From Bugula neritina (Eukaryota; Animalia; Bryozoa): 64,000 bases of DNA. Positions within the stretch are counted from its first letter, which is position 1, and each line of letters begins with the position of its first letter. The position numbers were made by a program, and so were the translations under genes. The notes under the pieces are model-generated. The model saw nothing but the letters and a program-made list of their open reading frames with translations. It was not told where the DNA came from and made no database searches. The stretch covers positions 3,129,538 through 3,193,537 of the forward strand of contig OZ037772.1 in NCBI GenBank assembly GCA_964035545.1, written 5' to 3'. This document shows, one piece after another, positions 11,956-25,144 of the stretch.

Positions 11956-12988
11956 GTACTAAGTCTATTTTAAGGTCACATCAGGTTTCTAAATTCAATT
12001 GCAGCTGCAAATTCCTTTTCAACTTTCAGTGTTTACAGGATAATGTGAGTTTTGGCAGCTTTCGCTGTCGGTATTTTGACCTTGATGAAAACTAGGTGGT
12101 GGAAAAATGAATAGCTTCAATATATGAGATGTTTTGTAGCTTCAATATGTGACATTTTTTGTAGCTTTAATATGTGAGATTTTTGTGTGTCATAAATATG
12201 AAAGGTTAAATCTTACATCAGTAGACTGGATAGTTGATGCTGTCAGATATTGAAACATAAATAAATAAGCCTTGATGGTATAAAGTTTAGACTATACTAA
12301 AATTTATGTTAGATTTCTTTCAGGCTACGTTACATCCAGAGCCTTTGCAGACACGCTGCCTGCAGCTCAGACACATGCAGACACCTGGCAATAGCTGTCA
12401 ATGAACTGATTCACTAGTGAAATAATATTGATAGTGTCTTCCATGTGTCATGTTAGATTATTGGTATAATGAGGTTACATCAGTGATGATTAAAATTACT
12501 AGTCAGCCTAGTTCACAATAATGCCTTTGCTGTCTATTTCTCTATATTCTTTACATTCCACAACACTGCTTGTCTATTTCTTTAAACCTCTACATTATAG
12601 CCTACGGCATTCATAGTTTACTGCATTAGATATGAAGTCATAGAATAAAAAAGTACCACGTTCTCATGAGTCTCACACAACCTCTGATTGGTTCTCATGA
12701 ATCTCACACAACCTCTGATTGGTCTCACTACCTGTCTAATTACAAATATTGACAGAAGAAGACTTTAGTTTATACAAAACATTCTCAATGCACTCTTCTA
12801 GAATACAAAGTTACAAGCTACAGGCTACAAAGTTATATAAGACATGCGTTATTGGAGGTGAAAAGGGTTTAATTTTCTCTTTTTATTTTGCTTTATTTAC
12901 TGATTATAGATATTTATTTTGAAAAGATTTTGTCAACCACTGGGATTTTCTGTCTAATGCCATGCTAACATGTCTATCTGATTGACAG

Positions 12989-13143
12989 GTGGGAGTGGCT
13001 TGGGTAGATGTGGGCGGAGTTGAACACAGGTTCCGGTGCGATGCGGAAGGAAACAGATATGGTGTGAATGACGACGAGTATTTAACTTTCAACCAGATGG
13101 AGTACTTGAATCAGGATAACCAATTAGTGTATGCTAACATCAG
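12989..13143 (+). other. Orphan exon-like segment of unknown protein
   Basis: ttgacag acceptor, open frame VGVAWVDVGGVEHRFRCDAEG...YANIR, possible AG|GT donor at 13143. Confidence 0.45.
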
Positions 13144-13150
13144 GTGTGTT

Positions 13151-13990
13151 ACTACTAGTAATACACATGATACTACTAGTAATACACATGATAATACTAG
13201 TAATACACATGATAATACTAGTAATACACATGATAATACTAGTAATACACATAACAATACTAGTAACACACATGATAATACTAGTGATACACATGATATT
13301 ACTAGTAATACACATGATGATACTAGTAATACACATGATAATACTAGTAATACACATGATAATACTAGTGATACACATGATAATACTAGTGATACACATG
13401 ATAATACTAGTAATACATATGATAATACTAGTAATACACATGATACTACACGTAATACACATGATAATACTAGTAATACACATGATAATACTAGTAATAC
13501 ACATGATAATACTAGTAATACACATGATAATACAAGTAATACATATGATAATACTAGTAATACACATGATAATACTAGTAATACACATGATAATACTAGT
13601 AATACACATGATAATACTAGTAATACATATGATGATACTAGTAATACACATGATAATACTAGTAACACACATGATAATACTAGTAATACACATGATACTA
13701 CTAGTAACACACATGATAATACTAGTAATACATATGATAATACTAGTAATACACATGATAATACTAGTAATACACATGATACTACTAGTAATACATATGA
13801 TAATACTAGTAATACACATAACAATACTAGTAACACACATGATAGTACTAGTAACACACATGATACTACTAGTAATACACATGATATTACTAGTAATACA
13901 CATGATAATACTAGTAATACACATGATAATACTAGTCATACACATGATAATACTAGTAATACACATGATAATACTAGTAATACAGATGAT
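13151..13990. repeat. 21-bp minisatellite (actagtaatacacatgataat), ~40 copies
   Basis: Direct reading; stop-free in several frames (TSNTHDN)n. Confidence 0.97.
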
Positions 13991-14165
13991 AGGGCTAATA
14001 ATAAATATTATGTCCAAAGCTTGAGGAGAAATCTGTGAACAAGTCAACAGTAGACATTGTGACATCCTTGGCAATTAAAATAACAAACTTCTTTATACCA
14101 ACACTAGCTTGTTCTATTCTACTTTGAATACCCATATTATGAATATCTGACGTATGTTTTATCAG

Positions 14166-15157
14166 GAAACAGAGGACTGTGTGGTGGTCTATGGAGTAGA
14201 ATACGTCTGCCTGAGAGTCCCAAACACTGATGCGGGCGGTGAGGTTAAGCAGTGTTACAAAGTCTGTACCTCTGAGGCTCAATGTCAAGGGATTCCAGGG
14301 TCCACCTGCCACCTTAGTGAGTTGTCTTCTCACAGCATACAGTTTATTAGTGTGTGTGTGTAGCAAGAGGAATATTCCTTGAAGTATGCTTATCAACTAC
14401 CTAGTATGCTGAAAAAAATGTGGGTTTTTAGTGTATAAGTGCTTTCTGACTCTCATCAGTTTGTATAATACAAGAACCCAGTAGAATCACTGAATTGGTA
14501 TAACATAGAGATATTATGTTTATCAGAAATGTACATGATGTAGCAGTGCAGCCCAATGAAGTCATTCTGAAAGTTAAATGATGCTCTTTTAGACATTGCT
14601 CTGTAGAACTCAGACTGAGCATGTGACATCCAGGTTCCGAGTGTATAGCCATCAGTGGTGGAGACGAAGGAGGTTGTTGGTGTACAGGGGGTACTCACTA
14701 CTACAATGGAGCTTGTGTACCCGACATGACTAGTAAGTGTGTATCTACAGACAAGCAGAGTGACAGATGAACTGACTGACTGACTGACTGACTCACTGAC
14801 TCACTGACTCACTGACTGACTGACTGACTGACTGACTGACTGACTGACTGACTGGCTGGCTGGCTGATTGACTGACTGACTGACTGACAGGTAAACAGAT
14901 AGGTAAATATCGATCACATATATAGTGAAGCTACCAACTGAGACCCAGACTGTGTTTTGATTTAGCATATACTGGTATATGATATCTTTCTACAATATGT
15001 TTACAGTTTACTGTACAAAGTATAGTTCCATCAGATGGACTCACTCTACTAATGTGTAAGACTCATCAAGAATGTCTACCCAATCAGATCTGTGTTAATG
15101 AGGTGTGCACACTGACGTGTAAAAGTGTAAAAGTGACTCTGAGTGTGCATTCAACCA
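14166..15157 (+). pseudogene. Degenerate exons of a Cys-rich extracellular repeat protein
   Basis: Exons with AG/GT ends: CYKVCTSEAQCQGIPGSTCH; ECIAISGGDEGGCWCTGGTHYYNGACVP (with upstream stop); CKTHQECLPNQICVNEVCTLTCK (frameshift). Confidence 0.6.
14770..14888. repeat. (ACTG)n microsatellite
   Basis: Direct reading. Confidence 0.95.
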
Positions 15158-15570
15158 GGTTAGATACTGCATACATGTCTCTATCATAGCAGCTAATTCT
15201 TTGACCATATATAAGAGTATGCAATTCTATGTCTATATATGGGAGTATTTATCTCTGTGGCCATATATGGTAACGAATGTCCTTGTGCATGTCCATATTT
15301 GGCAATATGTATCCGCGTGACCATATATGGTGTGAAAATATTTTATGATGAACTGTTTCTATGATGCATGTAGCTGTATGCGTTTATATGACCATATTAT
15401 ATAACAGCAATGTGAATAACAGTTGATGAATGTATGCATTTCTTCATGGCTGTATTTAGTAGTAAACTATCTCTATGTTCAGGATATAATATCTATTGAG
15501 CAGATTTTCTATTACACATCAGGTCTACTCTGACAGTAGCCTGTATACGTATAGATATCATTTACTGACT

Positions 15571-15671
15571 GGATGTTTTTCCTAACATCGCCCATAGCCT
15601 TTTTCGTGGCTCGAACCTATCATTTTGTGTTTACTAGGCAAACCCTCGAACCCCTAGACCATGTCTGCTAC
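15571..15671 (-). mobile_element. tRNA-derived SINE head
   Basis: Reverse complement has A-box-like TGGTCTAGGGG, B-box GGTTCGAGCC, then gatgttaggaaaaacatcc, shared with the copy at 42975. Confidence 0.6.
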
Positions 15672-16405
15672 ATGTTATTCATTTATATGGGTGTCAGTGT
15701 GAAGTTCCGGTTTGTAGGAGAACCTGGTTAAATTGGACCACAGGGACCCAGCGGACGAGATGGAGAAGATGGAGCTCCTGGTTTACAGGTATTTCACAAA
15801 CTTCTGAAACTCATACTTTTATTGTTCATTGTCTATGTATTCTCCACCATATTTTTACTAGAAGTACACTTTAATTCAGTAATAAGTTAAAATAAGATGT
15901 TGTTTCGCATTGTACAGTTTATTATTGCCTTAATATTGTGATGAGAATATTGACTGGCTTGACAATATCAGAGCAGCGATGTGATTGGCTTGACAGTATC
16001 AGAGTAGTGATGTGATTGGCTACTCTGTTCTGTTCTGCAGGGCCATGCCTACTTGTATTATGTGTTAATCTTGTGTTGCAGTGAACAGAAAGGGAGAATA
16101 GGTCATAAAAGACACCCGGGTTCTTACAGAACTGATGGAGAGGGAGGGTTCGCCCGATGTTGATGGCATACCTGGTATATCCGGCAATCCTGGAGATGCA
16201 GGAGAAAGGAGACCACCTTTTTTTGCAGGAGATACCGGCGTTCTTGGATAACCAGGTGATGTTCATGCTCAATTGAGTTCAATCTGTCAAGTTATGTTGG
16301 AATCTTTTTCGTTTTCGTTATTTTCCGTTTGTTATGTAGAAAAGGGGAAAACTCTGTCTCGGAGCATTCTTGTTTCTTCAGAGAGCTTTGGATTAATTGA
16401 TTATG

Positions 16406-16722
16406 GTCTACACAGGGGTGTAGACAAACTAAAAAACACAGGGGTGTAGACAGAATAATCTACACAGGGCTGTAGACAAACTAAGTTAGATGGGGGTGTA
16501 GACAAACTAAGCAAAATAGGGGTGTAGACAAACCAAGCAACACAGACTAACAGACTAAACTACACAAGGTGTAGACTGTAGACAGACTAAACTCGACAGG
16601 GGTGTAGACAGACTTAACTAGACAGGGGTGTAGACAGACTAAGCTACACAGGGGTGTAGACAGAATAAACTACATAGGGGTGTAGACAGACTAAACTACA
16701 CAAGGGTGTAGACAGACTAAAC
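16406..16722. repeat. ~26-bp minisatellite (ggggtgtagacagactaaactacaca)
   Basis: About 12 copies; a shorter homologous array lies at 58974-59105. Confidence 0.9.
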
Positions 16723-19423
16723 CTACTACGGACGTATATGCTGTCTCTAATCTCTCCTATAATTTGACCTTTATTTAGGGAGCAGATTTCAACTGGGCTA
16801 TTCTATAGTGACCAGTCACACTGTTTATTGTAGCAACATAGAAATCAAGTTGAAAACTAGTTGCACCTGTTGTGATGATATCAATGGGTGCTTACTGGTA
16901 GAGACGGAGTACCTGGACCTGTTGAGATCGGTTATCAGGGTAAACAAGGAGATCAAGGTCCTGCAGGTAAGAATGAGGAGTTACTCACCCTTGCTTGTGT
17001 ATTTCTGTTCTTTTCAGGTATTCTATAATATGCTGGGGTTTCCCTCACACTTATGCTATATGCTGGGGTTCTCCTCACAGCTAGTCTGCATAAAGGCAGG
17101 GTGTAGGCTAAGTAATCATATTGAATCCCAGCAGTGATTGTTACTTCAACTGACAGGATTACTATGTATGATAGTTACTTTAACTGGTTTTCATGGATCA
17201 TTTTTACCATACTGTTTACCACATGATGCATAGTCTAAGTAAAAACAAGAAAACAAAGAAATATACCAAAAATGTTGAGAAATTTTGTGTTCCAGAATTA
17301 ATAAATGACCACTTGTAATGCATACTGGTGCTGCTTGGCTCATAGGACAAGCCGGACAAGCTGGAGAACCCGGTCTGAATGGCAGAAACGGAAAGACAGG
17401 AGAAACTGGACCAGCTGGTATGCCTGGTCCAACCGGCTCAAGGGGAGTCACTGGAGAACCCGGATCTGATGGAAGGTTGTTTTTTGTGCTTTACTCTATT
17501 CAGCTTCTTAGAACTTTTTATTCAATTGGGTTTTTAAAATTTGCTGTCAATTTTCTCTGGGACGGTTTACCTGGAGTACTGGGTGCTGATGGTAAACATG
17601 GGGAGCAGGGCGTTCAAAAATCTCCTGGCTCCATGGGTCCAGTGGGAATCCCCGGTAACCAGGGAGCTGAAGGTGCTCAAGGAGACAAGGGTGATGAGTC
17701 AAAAACATTCTTTATTCAGTTTTCTCCTTATTTCAGTTCTCTGGTTTTCCACTAGTCAATCCTTTAGTTGTTTATTTGTTTTAGTTTATTTATGTTAATA
17801 CTAGGGTTGCTTCAGTGACACCGCATCATGTAATATATTACATAACAGTGCAGTATAATACACCATAATATAATATGGTATACAATACAATATTGTTACA
17901 GAAAATATTATTCACTAATATCTCACAGCTAAGTTGTGTCTCCTAAATATATTCATTACTATAGGGGCCAGCTGGGCCACAGGGTGCTTCTGAACCAACT
18001 GGATTGTCCGGGCCAACTGGTCCTCAGGGACCCCACGGAGCTTCCGGGAATTCCCGGCGAACAAGGACCTAAAGGTATGAATTAAGTTGAACCAATCTTT
18101 GTCCTTAGTTATTAGCCATCAACAGAATTTTGACTCTAAGAGTTATCCTTCTTGGTAAGAAGGTAAGGCAACTCCTAACTCATGATAATATGAATATCAT
18201 CTGCTGTTGTAGGACCCACTGATTTCCAGGGACTGCAGGGATTCCCTGGAGCTACCGGTGAAAGGGGAGATGTTGGACCAGTGGGTATTGCTGGACCACC
18301 TGGGCTACGGGGTGCTGACGGCAAACAAGGAATTACTGGTTCTCCTGGTGCTATGGGTGCAATGAGACCACCTGGACCTGATGGTGCTAAGGTAAACACT
18401 TACACTGCTAACAGGTTATTGTTACTCATCTTGTTAGTTTAGTGGTAATAAACCAATAGTCTGTATTTCTAGGGTGAACAAGGAAGAGATGGGGAAATGG
18501 GTAGTCCTGGCAGACCTGGACCTCCTGGACTTCCTGGTGAAGCCCAAGTATTTGGTTAGTTATTAGCAAAACCAAGTTATTGTTCATTACTTGTATCTTT
18601 TTCATTCTCTTTCAACTGTGTATTGGTAATATTTTGGGAATTTCATCCATAGCTTTTGATTGAAGCTTTTATTTTATTCTACCATGGGTTATGTTAGGTG
18701 CGCCCCCTATGATGATGAGTGCAATGATGTCCAACGGTAAAGGTGTACAAGCAGATGATGCAGGCGCCAACAATGAGCTCTATAATTTGTACCTCAGTGA
18801 GTAATGGCCATGATGTGCTTTGATGTTGCCTGCTTTGTTAGCTTACATCGCTACTTCCACCTTATTTCTCTCGAAACATAGGTAAGGGATGGTTCAATTT
18901 ATACTGTGTATTATATACTGTTTGTTATATTGTGAAATAGAGAAGTTGTATTCTCTATTGTTTGTTGTCAGGTGGATCCAGATGGTGGCTCCACAGCTAA
19001 TGCTATCCAGGCGTACTGTCGCAAGGAAATGAAGAGCACTTGCATCAATGCCAAGACCTCAGAGTTTGCCATCAAATCGTACATCACCCAGCAGCTAGAT
19101 AATCAGCCATTCGTTGCTAAACACATGGGAACAGCACTTGTAAGTGTTTATCTTGCATCAACCATATACCAGATACTAGTCCTCTACTATGTTGCTAGTC
19201 ACTTGATAATCTGAACAATCACTGGCTTCTTCTTCTTAAGCTGAGCGAGTTGTTGGTATGACTATTCCCTTTGCTGATTGTAGATGTATAAACTCAGTAG
19301 CAGTAGAAGACGCATTCGGTAGGAAGAATAAGTCAGTCATTTTATATACAGTTGGTAATAAAGAATACACAGCAATATTTAGCAGCTTCCAATATTCCGT
19401 TCTGCAGAATGATTGCAAGGTAT

Positions 19424-19575
19424 GTAAATCAGACCTATATACTGTAAATCTGACCTATATACTGTAAATCTGACCTATATAGCGTAAATTTGACTTATAT
19501 AGTGTAAATCTGACCTATATAGTGTAAATCTGACCTATATAGTGTAAATCTAATCTATATAGCGTAAATTCTACC
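19424..19575. repeat. 20-bp intronic minisatellite (gtaaatctgacctatatagt)
   Basis: About 7 copies. Confidence 0.85.
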
Positions 19576-20602
19576 TACATATGAACATGATTGCGATAGT
19601 TGCATCTTTTTTTCTATTAAGATGGAATATAGCTTGCCTTTGAAGCTTTTTAACAACTACTTATGAGTTCAACCCAAAAGCCACTTTGATTTCTGTGCGA
19701 GTTTAGAATTTAGAGTTTGCCCTCTGCCATTTTGTAGTATTCCAAATACTATCAGAAGCTCAGACAGTGATTGAGATTGACACCAAGACCCCCACCCACT
19801 TGCCTATTATTGACATAGCTCCTGGTGACATCTGGACCACCCACAAAGAGTTTGGGGTTCAGCTTGGAGAAGTCTGCTTTTCATAGACTCATACCTAACA
19901 ACAGTGTCATTTGGCTGATTTGTAAGACTGTTCCTGATTAGATAATTAGTGGCCAATCAGAGAATGCAATCAATGTTTGGTTGGCTGAGACCAGCAGTCG
20001 GATTTTTATATAACCTAATTGTAAATGAAATATTTGATTACTCTAAATTAATTTATCCGAGACTTCCAAGGCAGTGATGGTGATTTTTGTACATATAACT
20101 TTGAAGAAGTTTAGCTATAGGGTTTATGCTGTCTTTTAATTATTCCACCATAACCTGAGATTGTGAGTAGTAATTCTAGAATGAGATAGGGAGGGTGTTA
20201 TGCCCCACCTTATGGTTTTATATATTTAGAAACCGTTGTTAATTTAGTAATTCTGTTGGTGCTACATTTTTGAATTTATTTAATCCAATCATTTCTCTAA
20301 TATTGCAAAATATATTTTACCATACAGCACTACACAACTTATTTCTCAGCTTGTAAATTTCATCATCAAAATTATTATAGTACTAAAGTTTGTCACAGAT
20401 TTCTGATAAGCTGCAGTTTTCAGATCTGATTATTTAACCTATTCATCCTGAAATGAGACATTGTTAGTTTGAAATGGAATTTTACATATATTTTAGTTAC
20501 TTAGTTCCAACTGTGTTGACCATATCAACATTTTAAATTTTACTTTGGCTGCTATGAAGTATATAAGCAAATGGCATTAAGTTATTAATATATAATAAGG
20601 TT

Positions 20603-20930
20603 TGCAAAGACTTAATATACCAAGCAACTGTTACAAGACATGACAATAACTCCAGCCAATCATACATAGGACTTTGTTCAACTACCTTCAAAGCCAGACT
20701 CAACAACCATAAAGCCTCTTTCCTACATGCAGATAAAGCCAACAGCACACAACTCAGCAGACACATCCGGGATTTAGAACAAAAACAACACGAAATTCAG
20801 CCTAAAATGGATCATTTTAAAAATTTGTAAATCATACTCAAACCTAATCAACAGATGTAGCTTATGAAGCTATGAGAAATATGTAATTTTGAAACAACCG
20901 GAGTTATCCACTCTCAACAAACGCAAAGAG
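20603..20930 (+). mobile_element. Penelope-like element fragment (GIY-YIG endonuclease), frameshifted
   Basis: Manual translation: LIYQATVTRHDNNSSQSYIGLCSTTFKARLNNHKASF..STQLSRHIRDL, then in a shifted frame KWIILKICKSYSNLINRCSL*SYEKYVILKQPELSTLNKRKE. Confidence 0.85.
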
Positions 20931-21132
20931 CGAAGTGTGAGAATTCCACGCTAGTGACCTGCCACACACAGTGCGTGTGTTGCGAGTGCAAAATATTATT
21001 AGCAAATGATGTTAGCGTTAAACTTTACTGCTCGCCTACGGACGTTTGTTTTTAAACAGCGTCACCGGGCAAAGTAATTTGGATATTATAAAAGCGGAAA
21101 TGTAAAATTTATAAAACTGTTTTAATTCAGCT

Positions 21133-21680
21133 CAGTATATTATGTTATACAGTATACTATGTTATACAGTATACTATGTTATACAGTGTATTATGTTATA
21201 CAGTATATTATGTTATACAGTATATTATGTTATACAGTATATTATGTTATACAGTATACTATGTTATACAGTATACTATGTTATACAGTATACTATGTTA
21301 TACAGTATACTATGTTATACAGTATATTATGTTATACAGTATATACTACGTTATACAGTATATACTACGTTATACAGTATACTATGTTATACAGTATACT
21401 ATGTTATACAGTATATTATGTTATACAGTATACTATGTTATACAGTATATTATGTTATACAGTATGCTATGTTATACAGTATATTATGTTATACAGTATA
21501 CTATGTTATACAGTATATTATGTTATACAGTATACTATGTTATACAGTATACTATGTTATACAGTATATTATGTTATACAGTATATTATGCTATACAGTA
21601 TACTATGTTATACAGTATACTATGCTATACGGTATACTATGTTATACGGTATACTATGTTATACAGTATATTATGGTATA
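21133..21680. repeat. 17-bp minisatellite (atgttatacagtatact), ~32 copies
   Basis: Direct reading. Confidence 0.97.
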
Positions 21681-21776
21681 TTAATCAACATACAAATGAG
21701 ATGCTCTTGTCAGTCTATTATTATACACTGGAACTGGGTTACTCTCTCACCTTCCCTCACCTTAGCTTAGCTAGAC

Positions 21777-22860
21777 CAGTGCTTCCCAAGTGATGAAGAT
21801 TTTTATTTCTAAAAATTTCACAGTTTGTTACCAGCTCTTTGAGCTCTTGCCTTGTTTTCAAGATTACATGTACTGCATATGTATAACTACAACTCCTTCA
21901 TTTTATGTAGTTCATATATTTATCCACACTACACTCTACAATCTAAGTTTACTTCTACATCCATGTGTCTATTATTCACTCTACCCTAGCTGCTACCCCT
22001 CCTACTAGGAATGATCGAAGGTTCGGAAGTTTTAATTGGAAGCAAAACCAACAGGAAGTTTAAGCAGCAATGCAAGCTCATTTCTATAAACTATACACAC
22101 TGCATACATATAGTGGATATATTTCCTGTGTTCCAGTGCAATCATCACATCATCACTCTTCATTATAGCAGCATCAATCCTTTCAAAGCTGAACTCAAGT
22201 TGTGACCTTGACATAATTCTATGATACAACTATCCTCACACTCAATAAATTATTAGAAAAAGAACCTGTTCCAGAGATATCTTTCAAAAAGCATTTCTGC
22301 AAATATATTTGAACTTTTAAGATTATTTGACAGTATTTCTCTGAGCTACCTTCATAAGAGAGTTACATGAGAGTGTCATTGAGCTGGTTTGCAGTGAAGA
22401 ATGATTTTTTGAGTTCTGTGTTTTCACAAGCAAACTCTACCCACACATTGCTGACTACACTAACAGTTTTAGTGCCATTCAGCACCAGGTTTTTATATAA
22501 GATAGGATTCCTTCAATTAATATGCTAATGGTTAGGAATCACCAAATCAAACTGCCTTGACCTGCAAAGTGACCTACAATGTACAGCTTGTCAAAACCCA
22601 AGTCAAACTTAAGCAAGCTGCAGCACAAATTCACCAGCTTCAGCCATCATATTAATAATTGAACTGCTCTGTGCTTTTTACATGCATAATATAATAATCA
22701 TAATCTTATATTATAATCAAATATACTAGAACAAATATAGACTTCTATTGTATATTATGCCTATCATTCATAAATTGCACTTATAGAAAGAGGGGAACTT
22801 AATAGTAAACAGTTATGGAAGGGGGGGATGGTATGGTATGAAAAAGGTTCGGAACCACTG
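21777..22860 (-). mobile_element. Non-autonomous hAT-like DNA transposon
   Basis: Imperfect TIRs CAGTGCTTCCCAA / TTCGGAACCACTG; flanks agctagac / tgctagag (degenerate 8-bp TSD); right end is the reverse complement of the left ends at 25634 and 28334. Confidence 0.6.
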
Positions 22861-25144
22861 TGCTAGAGGAACCACCACACCTCTACCATAGCATCACATC
22901 CCTCTGCCATCTTGATTGCAGCCTGCCAGTTAAGAAAATTCAGGATTAATCAGATATTCAGTGATGTCGCTGAATATGCTAGTACTAAACAGCTCAACTT
23001 AAACATTATAAAAATATTTTACATAATGAAAGTACAAACAAAAAGATGCAAGTGCTAGCTGACACTCAAGACTACTAATAAGAGACAAAGTCCTTGTAAA
23101 GATTTTGCTACTAAAAAGGACATAGATGTTATCGGTATTTTTGTAATTTGAAAATATACAGGACCGGAATTGGATATTCTAAAATAGCTCAATTGAAAAA
23201 CATGCACACCTGGTGCCCTGGATAATTTTTCAGATTTCAACCTTAGAGTTGTCTCTCTTCGACGCTAAAATATAGCGCTCCGCTCACTGAATGCAACATT
23301 TCTTTCACGTGATTATTATAGAGCCGACCTTTGTAGTTGAGTGACGTGTAATAATCCTTCTGCGCGCAGAACTTCCTCGTTATTTTTGGTTTTATTCAAT
23401 ACTGATATTGTGCCTTTTCTCAGTTACTAGCTACCAAGTTTCTTACCAGTTTACAGACTGACACTATTGACTCTCGTGAGGTGAGAACAGTTCGAGTCAT
23501 CTCATCATTTCTCAAATTAATCAGGTACCCGTACTTTAATACTTGCAGTTAGATTTACTATTTTAGTATTTACTATTAGTATTACTATTACTATTAGTAT
23601 TAGTATTAGTATAAGTATTAGTATTTAGTATTTTACTATTTTAATTCTAGATTTACTTTTACTTTTATTTTTAGTTTGGCTTTTAGCCTTTAGGCTTTAG
23701 GTTTAACTTTAAGTCTAGGCTTATAACTTATATAATATCAATATAAGATTACGCTTAAGACTAAGTTATGTTTAAATTATAAGTTATATAAATTAAAATT
23801 CTTACAGTTAATGTTATAATATTATTATTTATTAAATATAATTGTTTCTCTTTGAGTCTTTGATTTGAAATTTACAATAGACATAGTAATACCATAGCCC
23901 ATAGGCATATGATCAATAATTAATTAATTATAATGATTTATCGAATAATATAAATATGAAGATCGTATTAATGATATTAAATTTATTATTATTATAAAAG
24001 ATTTAATCGACTTCAAGTTTAGGTTCAAGTTTTAATACTGAAAAATTAATCTACTAGTAGTAGTACTAGTACTACTACTAGTACTACTACGTCTACAGTA
24101 GTAGTAGTGGTAGTAGCCTACGATTACAGATTACTATTACGTACTACAAGTATTAGTCTATTCGTAATACATGTACTATTAGATTACTCTTAGTATTGCT
24201 ATTCGATTTACTGTTGGTATAACTATATAGGAATTAAGACTAAGTATTTCAGTTTCGCACTATTTTGTTTATATAAATATTTGTATTAACTTCAAGTATT
24301 ACTATTAGTAATCACAATTAGTATTGATATTGCATCTCCTATTAGGATTACTGCTATTAATATTAGTATTGGTGTATGAGTAATTACTAATTAATATTAG
24401 TAATTTTTACTCATTGCATTACATTTACTATAAGTATAACTATAAAGTGTAAGTTACTATTATTGCTCTACTATAACTATCAGTATTAGATTTAGTGTTG
24501 CAGTTGGTTTTACTGCCAGGTCCCCTACCATCATTAAATTTATACATAATGATAATCTTGGTGATTATCACCCAATATTGACTCATATGACTAGGTTAGC
24601 CATATTTATATGATCTACTATTGTTGTAAACATAAAAATATGAGGTTAGTGTTAATAAATCATTTGCTAGGTAAGAGTGTAGAATAAATAATTGGCTAGA
24701 GATGAGTGTAGAAGCTGCCAACTCATGAAACAACTACACCTGACCTAACAGAAGCACAAACATGTTGAATTAGTATGTTTCACACCACCATAGTTTCTAT
24801 TAAATGATTTAATAGCAAACTAGCGGTTGATGGCTTTTTCCCTGGCTGGTGGAAAAGGGAATCTAAGTAACATATTAAATCAAAAACCTATTCAGTGATT
24901 ACAATGGAAACAATAGAGCCTTTGTTAGAGAGTTAAAGCTGTGAGCTCAGCATGTTGTAGCTGACTATCATGTATACCAGTGTTATTAACTGCTTTTGTT
25001 TAACATTATTTTTCATGTCTTTGTTTTGTATGGTTTATTGTTAAGGGTTAAGTCTTTGATTTGGAAACCTTCACAGATGTAGTGTGAAATATTATGCTAA
25101 GAGTATGTGTATCTTTTACAGGATTTCCTTATCATATAACCAAG

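Larger units (their letters stand above)
15718..19886 (+). pseudogene. Fibrillar collagen pseudogene (Gly-X-Y exons plus C-propeptide/COLFI exons), copy 1
   Basis: Gly-X-Y exons with stops and Gly substitutions; COLFI-type exons VDPDGGSTANAIQAYC..TCI, CINSVA...FQYSVLQNDCK, TVIEIDTKTPTHLPIIDIAPGD..KEFGVQLGEVCFS* (TAG at 19884-19886). Confidence 0.9.

Noticed and set aside
21142-21793. Three 180-205 aa ORFs
   Set aside because: Artefacts of the 17-bp repeat
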